Shown here: positions 27,015 through 32,000 of the stretch, one piece after another
Numbering within the stretch: position 1 is the stretch's first letter
How the letters are laid out: every line of letters starts with the position of its first letter
Assembly (NCBI GenBank): GCA_965250005.1
Contig: OZ252279.1
Span: 1,530,001 to 1,562,000 of the forward strand
Reading direction: 5' to 3'
Length of the DNA: 32,000 nucleotides
Origin: Demequinaceae bacterium
GTDB lineage: Bacteria > Actinomycetota > Actinomycetes > Actinomycetales > Demequinaceae
The notes under the pieces: generated by a model
What the model was told of the DNA's origin: nothing
Database searches by the model: none
Seen by the model: the letters and a program-made list of their open reading frames with translations, nothing else
Program-made: the position numbers and the translations under genes

Positions 27015-27071
27015 ATGACATTCACCGACATTGGAGATGACGAAGGTTGCTGCTCCGGCTGCTGCTGCTAG
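27015..27071 (+). CDS. 18-codon cysteine-rich micro-ORF, MTFTDIGDDEGCCSGCCC
   Basis: GAAAGGAGG, 5-nt spacer, ATG, 18 codons with 5 Cys in the last 7, then TAG. A strong intrinsic terminator starts 6 nt after the stop. Divergent from the ArsR gene, 83 bp between start codons. Too short for the ORF track. Confidence 0.5.
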   Translation: MTFTDIGDDEGCCSGCCC

Positions 27072-27076
27072 GCGCG

Positions 27077-27121
27077 AGGAGGACGCCAACACAGCGCGCG
27101 GTGTTGGCGTCCTCCTTCTTT
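27077..27121 (+). terminator. Intrinsic terminator after the micro-ORF
   Basis: 16-bp perfect stem AGGAGGACGCCAACAC / GTGTTGGCGTCCTCCT with an 8-nt loop, followed by TCTTT. Confidence 0.8.
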
Positions 27122-27133
27122 GCCCGGTAGCCT
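27104..27133 (+). promoter_or_regulatory. Candidate promoter of tRNA-Ser(GCT): TTGGCG-N18-TAGCCT
   Basis: -35-like TTGGCG (27104-27109, inside the terminator's 3' arm) and -10 TAGCCT (27128-27133), 15 nt upstream of the mature tRNA 5' end. Confidence 0.35.
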
Positions 27134-27148
27134 GATGTCCCGTTGCCG

Positions 27149-27243
27149 GGAGACGTCGCATAGTCCGGCCTAGTGCGCGGTCCTGCTAAGACCGTGAGGG
27201 GTTTATAGCTCCTCCGTGGGTTCAAATCCCACCGTCTCCGCCA
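27149..27243 (+). tRNA. tRNA-Ser (anticodon GCT), CCA encoded
   Basis: Hand-folded. Acceptor GGAGACG/CGTCTCC, anticodon stem CGGTC/GACCG with loop CT-GCT-AA, long variable arm, T-arm GTGGG-TTCAAAT-CCCAC, discriminator G, then CCA. Confidence 0.9.
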
Positions 27244-27251
27244 CACGCAAG

Positions 27252-27286
27252 TGCTGCACTCCTGGGTCACTCCCAGGAGTGCAGCA
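27252..27286 (+). other. Perfect 15-bp stem-loop between tRNA-Ser and tRNA-Arg (terminator or processing element)
   Basis: TGCTGCACTCCTGGG-tcact-CCCAGGAGTGCAGCA. No U-tract. It is followed by TATACT (27290-27295), a -10-like hexamer 21 nt upstream of tRNA-Arg. Confidence 0.5.
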
Positions 27287-27316
27287 GGCTATACTCGTGA
27301 CTCGGCCAGTGGCCGC

Positions 27317-27389
27317 GCGCCCGTAGCTCAACGGATAGAGCATCTGATTACGGATCAGAAGGTTGGGGGTTCGAATCCCTTCGGGCGCA
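27317..27389 (+). tRNA. tRNA-Arg (anticodon ACG)
   Basis: Hand-folded. Acceptor GCGCCCG/CGGGCGC, D-arm GCTC-AACGGATA-GAGC, anticodon stem TCTGA/TCAGA with loop TT-ACG-GA, T-arm GGGGG-TTCGAAT-CCCTT (two G-U pairs), discriminator A. 73 nt. Confidence 0.9.
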
Positions 27390-27397
27390 CATGCCGG

Positions 27398-27425
27398 GGT
27401 CCTGCCGTTGGGCGGGACCTTTTCT
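27398..27425 (+). terminator. Intrinsic terminator after tRNA-Arg, shared with the convergent gene end
   Basis: GGTCCTGCC-gttg-GGCGGGACC (one G-U pair) followed by TTTTCT. It overlaps the minus-strand stop at 27424-27426. Confidence 0.7.
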
Positions 27426-28542
27426 AGTCTTCGGACACGCCGGTCCGTTCTGGAATCAAGACGGGCTCGCCGTCTTCTCCAAGATCGATTCGTCTGGACT
27501 CGCCGCGGCTGTCGACCACGATGGATGCGGCCACTGCACGGCCAGCGGGACCGAGCCTGATCGTCAGCGTGCCGCTGTCGACGTTTCGTAGCGACTCCGT
27601 GATGCGAGCCGTGAGGAGCTTCATTGCCGTTCGAGTAGGAAGGCCTCCGCCACGGTCATCGAGCAGAGTTACCTCGACGCCGCGGGCGCGGGCCTCTGCG
27701 GTGGCAGCGACGATTTCAGGAATCTGCAGCCCGCGCGCCCGCACACTATCGCGCAATGTCGCCTCGGCTAGGAGGTAGTCAATTCGGTCGTCGGCGTGAG
27801 TGGTCCGCGACTTGGCAATGCGACTCAAGAGGGGCGTCGCGAACTCGGCAAGCTCTTCTACCCGCTGCCGCCGAATCTCATGTTCCGCGTCTGCGCTAGC
27901 CGTCGCTGCCGCGAGTTCGATGGATCGAATGTTCAAATCGTTGATTCGACTGGACGTACGCGTGAGCGCCTTGGTGAACAACGTGGCCACCAGCAGGATC
28001 CCGGCGTGTGTCTGAAGGGCGAGCAACGCCCCCGAGAGACTGCGCCCCACCGAGACGGACCACGCGACATGGACCAGTGCGAGACCGACGAAGCCGAGCC
28101 ACGCGACCAAAATCCGTCCTCGAAGCGCAACAAAGAAGAGTAGCCATGTGTTCGAGCCAATGTGCCAGCTTTCGCGGCCGATATCGCCGACGTCAGGGAG
28201 TTGCCAAGAGATCAGCGCCGTGCTTACGAGAACGGCGGCGAGTAGGCCGAGAGTCCATCGTCCCGGGAGCGGATCTTTGTGAGGGAGCACGATGAGGACA
28301 GCTGCCCCATTGACCACCAACATGGCGACGATGCTCGGGTACGGTGACTTCACGGCGTCGAGCGTCGAGACGGTGAAGGTTGCATTGACGAGCATGTACA
28401 GCGTGAGAACCATGCGAGAACCGGACTTGCCGATGCCCAGCAGTGTGCTGACATCCGTGCTTCGAGCGTCATGCGCGACGGTGCGTGAATTGGCGCGCGG
28501 CGTCGTGGATTCCGCTAACTTCAGATTTCCTGGAGTGCTCAT
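27424..28542 (-). CDS. Polytopic membrane protein with a cytoplasmic C-terminal domain; third gene of the two-component operon (hypothetical)
   Basis: ATG 28542 overlaps the kinase stop (ATGA). About 6 hydrophobic segments, then a charged helical stretch 'AEHEIRRQRVEELAEF' and an alpha/beta-like C-terminus. I did not recognise a phosphoacceptor His box or G1/G2 ATP-binding boxes. Confidence 0.65.
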   Translation of the reverse strand: MSTPGNLKLAESTTPRANSRTVAHDARSTDVSTLLGIGKSGSRMVLTLYMLVNATFTVSTLDAVKSPYPSIVAMLVVNGAAVLIVLPHKDPLPGRWTLGLLAAVLVSTALISWQLPDVGDIGRESWHIGSNTWLLFFVALRGRILVAWLGFVGLALVHVAWSVSVGRSLSGALLALQTHAGILLVATLFTKALTRTSSRINDLNIRSIELAAATASADAEHEIRRQRVEELAEFATPLLSRIAKSRTTHADDRIDYLLAEATLRDSVRARGLQIPEIVAATAEARARGVEVTLLDDRGGGLPTRTAMKLLTARITESLRNVDSGTLTIRLGPAGRAVAASIVVDSRGESRRIDLGEDGEPVLIPERTGVSED

Positions 28543-29717
28543 GAGTTCCTCATCCACGTGAGAGTGACGGTTGTTCCGCGTCCTGGCCTCGAGTCGAGCG
28601 CCGCGCTCCCGCCTGTTAGCAGTTCCATCCGTTCGAATATGCTGACGCGGATACCGAGTCTGCGCTCGGCGACGGCCTTGGGATTGAAGCCGCGGCCAGT
28701 GTCCTGGATGGTGGCGCGAAGCGTGTTGTCGGTCAGGTTGACTGTGACGACCCGGTGAACGAAGCCGTCACCATCGCCTCCGTGGATGAGGCTATTTCGC
28801 ACCGCCTCTGCGATTGCCTCACTGAACGCCTCGACTACATCGGCCGGGATCGAGTTTGTTCCTACGGATGAGTGCCAGAACGCGACCTGCGAGGCGTGGT
28901 CAGTTACAGCGGCCCGCAGTGCGGTAATGGTCTCGCTCGGCGTGTAGTCGGGCACATCGTCCGTCCGAACGGTCAGCGTGGCGACGCTTGCCAACGCGGA
29001 AACTGCCTGCTCGGCAACCCGCGGACTGTGGTCTTCGCGACCGGCGACCAGAAGCACGGACATGATGTCGTCGTGGACGATCGCGTTTATTCGTGACTGC
29101 TCCCGCTGGCGGGTGCGCTTGCTCGCCTCGATCGACGCGTGAGCCCGGGCCCGAGCCGCCACCAAGTCCTGTTGTTCGGCTGCGCCCACCAGCGCCAGCG
29201 CAACGCCGATGAGAATCCCCGAGAATAATGTGGCTCCCACCCCGTTAAGCACAGCGGCCTTCACCTCGTGATCGGTAGCTCCGATTTCTACAACCGCCAC
29301 GAGGGGACCCTGGATGATTGCGTAGAGCCAAACTAGGCGATGCCTCCAAACGACTGCCGCAAGTGTGCCGTGCACCGCAGTCACGCCTTGGAGCCACGGA
29401 TCGTCCATGGCCACTTCAACGGTGAGGAAGGGAACCCACAGCAACTGCACCGAAACGAAGCCAATCACGATGGCCGCCGCGAACCGGTTGAGGATGGTCT
29501 CCGGGAGCGTCCACGCGAGCACGATTAGGGAGGCTGGAAGCACGATTCCAAATGCCACAGCGATCAACCCAAATACGGCGTCGAGGTTGTTGAGCTGAGA
29601 CAGGATCTTGCCGGCTAGGATCCCACCGAACACGATTGCGCCGATACCGACGGCCATGTACAACGTCCGCTGGACGCGTTCCCTGGCAGCATGCACGTCT
29701 GCCGCCGGCGCGCTCAC
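28539..29717 (-). CDS. Membrane sensor histidine kinase (HisKA_3 / NarL-partner type)
   Basis: About 5-6 TM segments. H-box 'RINAIVHDDIMSVL', N-box 'EAVRNSLIHG', G1 'DTGRGF', G2 'LGIRVS', and the end 'GRGTTVTLTW'. GTG start overlaps the regulator stop (GTGA). Confidence 0.85.
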   Translation of the reverse strand: MSAPAADVHAARERVQRTLYMAVGIGAIVFGGILAGKILSQLNNLDAVFGLIAVAFGIVLPASLIVLAWTLPETILNRFAAAIVIGFVSVQLLWVPFLTVEVAMDDPWLQGVTAVHGTLAAVVWRHRLVWLYAIIQGPLVAVVEIGATDHEVKAAVLNGVGATLFSGILIGVALALVGAAEQQDLVAARARAHASIEASKRTRQREQSRINAIVHDDIMSVLLVAGREDHSPRVAEQAVSALASVATLTVRTDDVPDYTPSETITALRAAVTDHASQVAFWHSSVGTNSIPADVVEAFSEAIAEAVRNSLIHGGDGDGFVHRVVTVNLTDNTLRATIQDTGRGFNPKAVAERRLGIRVSIFERMELLTGGSAALDSRPGRGTTVTLTWMRNS

Positions 29718-30355
29718 TGGGGGCCCTCCAACAAACCGTCTTCTATCGCTCGCACGTAGAGGTCAACGCGTGAATGCGCGGGACGCCCCGCCTCCGCATA
29801 CTTGCGGCGGATGCGTGTGACGTAGTCGGCAATGGTTTCTCGTGAGAGTCCCATGCGCTGCGCGACGGAGGTGGCCGTCTCGCCCGATGCGTATAGGCCG
29901 AGTACCTCCTGCTCGCGCGGGCTCAGTTTGGCGTCCTCGAGATCTGATGCGGCGTCAATTGCCGCGGCCCAATCGGCGCCAAAGACCTCACCGCCATTTG
30001 CGGCAGTGCGGACGGCATCGAGCAATGTCTCAGGCGCTGCGGACTTGCGGATAAGTCCAAGTGCGCCCGAACGTGCGGCCTGTTGGATTAGCCGGCGATC
30101 CTCCGCGCCGGTGTAAACGAGCACTTCCGCGCCGAGGGCGTGAATTGCCGCCACGTTCTCCTCGGGCGAGGACCCGTCGTTCAGGCGCAAATCGAGGACT
30201 ACGAGGTCGAGTTTGTTTGCGAACGACGAGAGTTCCTCGACGGTCTCTGCCAATCTCGCCAAATCCAGGTCTGGCGCGGTGGCAATGAGGTCCTGAAACC
30301 CGCGGGAGATCAGCGCGTGATCCTCTACCAGCGCGATCTTCTTGTGTTCGCCCAT
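29714..30355 (-). CDS. LuxR/NarL-family response regulator
   Basis: Receiver 'IALVEDH...LVVLDLRLNDG' and C-terminal HTH 'LSPREQEVLGLYASGETATSVAQRMGLSRETIADYVTRIRRKY'. GAGGA RBS. Confidence 0.9.
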   Translation of the reverse strand: MGEHKKIALVEDHALISRGFQDLIATAPDLDLARLAETVEELSSFANKLDLVVLDLRLNDGSSPEENVAAIHALGAEVLVYTGAEDRRLIQQAARSGALGLIRKSAAPETLLDAVRTAANGGEVFGADWAAAIDAASDLEDAKLSPREQEVLGLYASGETATSVAQRMGLSRETIADYVTRIRRKYAEAGRPAHSRVDLYVRAIEDGLLEGPQ

Positions 30356-30540
30356 AGTCGTCCTCGATTCGTCCTTCTACACGCTACCGTTGGCGGTCGG
30401 CAACCGCTCGGGTTTCGGCGCCCCTTTTTGTGGCGGTGGATGTGGGATTCGTCGCCGGTCGCCCCGCGGCGCGCGATATGTTCGCTTGGCGCTAGCCTGG
30501 TGCCAAGGACTCTTCCCGACTAACTGCCCCGGAGATGCTC

Positions 30541-30987
30541 ATGCGATTGCCCAAGCCCCTTGGTGGCGTGGTTGCCGGCGCGCTCGCCCTCGCTAGTTGC
30601 GCGCCCCCACCCTCGGTGGACTTGCTGGTACCAGGTGACTGCTTTGACTACTCGGAACTCACCGAGGGGATCGTCGGGATTCCTCCCGTCGACTGTTCAG
30701 TCCCGCACGAAGCCGAGGTCTACCTGATTTTTGACCTCGAGGGTGTCAGTGAGGCCGACTACCTTGACGAATACGACGAGGACGATATCAACAGGCTCTC
30801 CCAGGACGCGTGCCTTGCCGCGTTCCCCGATTACGTCGGTATCGATTACTGGGAGTCTGAGTATTACTACCTGTGGTTGTCGCCCACGCCGGAGGGCTGG
30901 GCGGAGGGAGAAAGGGAAGTAGTCTGCTTCCTCGTTCCCGAACTTGGAGTGATGCTTACGGAATCACTCCAAGGGGCAGCGGGCTAG
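30541..30987 (+). CDS. Septum-formation-family lipoprotein
   Basis: ATG 30541 has GGAG 6 nt upstream; ATG 30535 is an alternative. Signal peptide plus lipobox 'LALASC'. 'GDCF' and 'DCSVPHEAEVY' match the Cys/His pattern I associate with the septum-formation domain family. Confidence 0.7.
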   Translation: MRLPKPLGGVVAGALALASCAPPPSVDLLVPGDCFDYSELTEGIVGIPPVDCSVPHEAEVYLIFDLEGVSEADYLDEYDEDDINRLSQDACLAAFPDYVGIDYWESEYYYLWLSPTPEGWAEGEREVVCFLVPELGVMLTESLQGAAG

Positions 30988-30990
30988 CGC

Positions 30991-31602
30991 CTAGTCCACG
31001 AACGTGACGGTGCCCGCAACAAATGAACCGACCATGCTGGCGTCGCGATAGACGACGCATACGCCTTCCATTTCACCGAAGTTCCACGAGCCCGCAGTAG
31101 GGACCCACGCAACCCAACGCACGCCGTTGTTCCAGTCGTTCGGCTGGAACATCGATTCGACGTCGAAGCCGGGCTGCACTACGCCGCCGCAGTACCCCAT
31201 GAGCTCAGTGGTGACTTGGTCCCGGCCCGGGAACGCGTCACCAGAGAATGAGTAGGACGCTACGACCTCGGCACGATGAGGCACGGAACACGGTAGGGCG
31301 TTGACCTGCGCAACGGAACCGTCTCCCGGAATGTTCTCGAGACACATTCCTGGGTCTGCCTGGATAGCGTTGATCAGCTCGCCGTTAGCGTCGGTAATGG
31401 TGAGGGTTGCCGTTCCCGTGGACCGGCCCCAACTGACTCCGACCACCCCGACGAGCATTAGCAGCAGGCTAACGGCACCGAGAGCGATCCAAACCTTGGA
31501 GTACGACGTGCGGGGCGGTGCGTCTGGCTGCCGTCCCGGAGCCCGGTAGGGCTCGGGATAGACGCTCTCGCGCGAAGGTGGGCTCTGGCCGTCGAAACTC
31601 AT
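30991..31602 (-). CDS. Septum-formation-family membrane-anchored protein
   Basis: Pro-rich cytoplasmic N-terminus, TM 'VWIALGAVSLLLMLVGVVGV', then 'GMCLE' and 'PCSVPHRAEVV' motifs paralogous to the neighbouring gene. The ATG overlaps the upstream stop (ATGA). Confidence 0.7.
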   Translation of the reverse strand: MSFDGQSPPSRESVYPEPYRAPGRQPDAPPRTSYSKVWIALGAVSLLLMLVGVVGVSWGRSTGTATLTITDANGELINAIQADPGMCLENIPGDGSVAQVNALPCSVPHRAEVVASYSFSGDAFPGRDQVTTELMGYCGGVVQPGFDVESMFQPNDWNNGVRWVAWVPTAGSWNFGEMEGVCVVYRDASMVGSFVAGTVTFVD

Positions 31603-32000
31603 GTCTCCACGGTACCGGTGCCGTCAGCGATGTCCACCACGACAGGTGCGTGATCCGAGGCGCCCTTTCCCTTTCGCTCGTCCCGGTCGATGGACGCCGC
31701 GATCGCACGGGGGGATAGAGCAGGGGAGGCGTACGCGAAATCGATACGCATCCCCTCTGCACGGGGAAAGCGGAGTTGCTTGTAGTCCCAGAACGTGTAC
31801 GTATGATCCTCGGGAAGGTAGCGGCGTGTGAGCTCCTCGAACCCCGCCTTCTCAAAGTCGTGGAACGCCGCGCGCGCCTCGGCGGTCACATGAGTCTGGG
31901 CTTCGGAGTCTTCAACGCTCCACATGTCCGCATCGCGCGGCGCCACATTCCAGTCGCCGACGAGCGCCACGGCCTCACCCGCGTCCGCCCACTCGCCAGC
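31599..32000 (-). CDS. xthA: Exodeoxyribonuclease III / AP endonuclease, N-terminus outside the window
   Basis: The frame stays open to base 32000. C-terminal motifs 'VGDWNVAPRD', 'RIDFAYAS' and 'SDHAPVVVD' are typical of the ExoIII/EEP family. Confidence 0.85.
   Translation of the reverse strand, partial: AGEWADAGEAVALVGDWNVAPRDADMWSVEDSEAQTHVTAEARAAFHDFEKAGFEELTRRYLPEDHTYTFWDYKQLRFPRAEGMRIDFAYASPALSPRAIAASIDRDERKGKGASDHAPVVVDIADGTGTVET

Noticed and set aside
27015-27148. The Cys-codon-rich micro-ORF as a Cys-sensing transcription-attenuation leader peptide, since the terminator starts 6 nt after its stop
   Set aside because: I found no alternative antiterminator pairing for the terminator's 5' arm. 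The only downstream gene is tRNA-Ser(GCT), which has its own TTGGCG-N18-TAGCCT promoter-like element, and no cysteine-biosynthesis gene follows. The idea is not fully excluded, because a ribosome paused on the last Cys codons would cover the 5' arm. It is less parsimonious than an ArsR-controlled effector.
26445-27243. The two tRNA-Ser genes as attL/attR duplication flanking an integrated element
   Set aside because: They are different isoacceptors (anticodons TGA and GCT) with different acceptor stems and variable arms, not a duplicated tRNA 3' end. No integrase or direct-repeat scar is visible.

Overview
GC-rich, densely coding chromosomal segment with actinobacterial gene content (LppM-type lipoproteins, septum-formation-family proteins, a conservon, and the pheA / lipid kinase / serS / Cof-HAD core block). 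I saw no rRNA, CRISPR, transposase, integrase or phage genes. Left to right: a 5'-truncated conserved hypothetical and a small membrane protein. Then a minus-strand sulfide/persulfide operon (SQR-like flavoprotein, single-Cys TusE/DsrC-like, DsrE-like), whose promoter carries an ATACC-N6-GGTAT palindrome. The palindrome recurs 285 bp away inside a 584-bp gap with no convincing gene. Next come three secreted/anchored proteins of the same architecture (two clear LppM/DUF3153 lipoproteins) around an MFS transporter. Housekeeping genes follow: pgm, GT2-like, pheA, DAG-kinase-like, serS, HAD, MFS, AGE epimerase, quinone oxidoreductase. Then a conservon (cvnA-B-C-D) with an extra 451-aa acidic disordered protein between cvnA and cvnB, followed by an orphan PIN domain fused to a ~470-aa acidic tail. 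Then tRNA-Ser(TGA), a Cys-tailed ArsR regulator divergent from an 18-codon ORF (MTFTDIGDDEGCCSGCCC), tRNA-Ser(GCT) and tRNA-Arg(ACG). The window ends with a LuxR response regulator / histidine kinase / polytopic membrane protein operon, two convergent septum-formation-family genes, and a truncated exodeoxyribonuclease III. The candidates I rate highest for novelty are the ArsR / micro-Cys-peptide module, the detached CvnA-tail protein in the conservon, the PIN-IDR fusion, and the twin palindromes by the sulfur operon. All family names come from motif recognition by eye; nothing was searched against a database.
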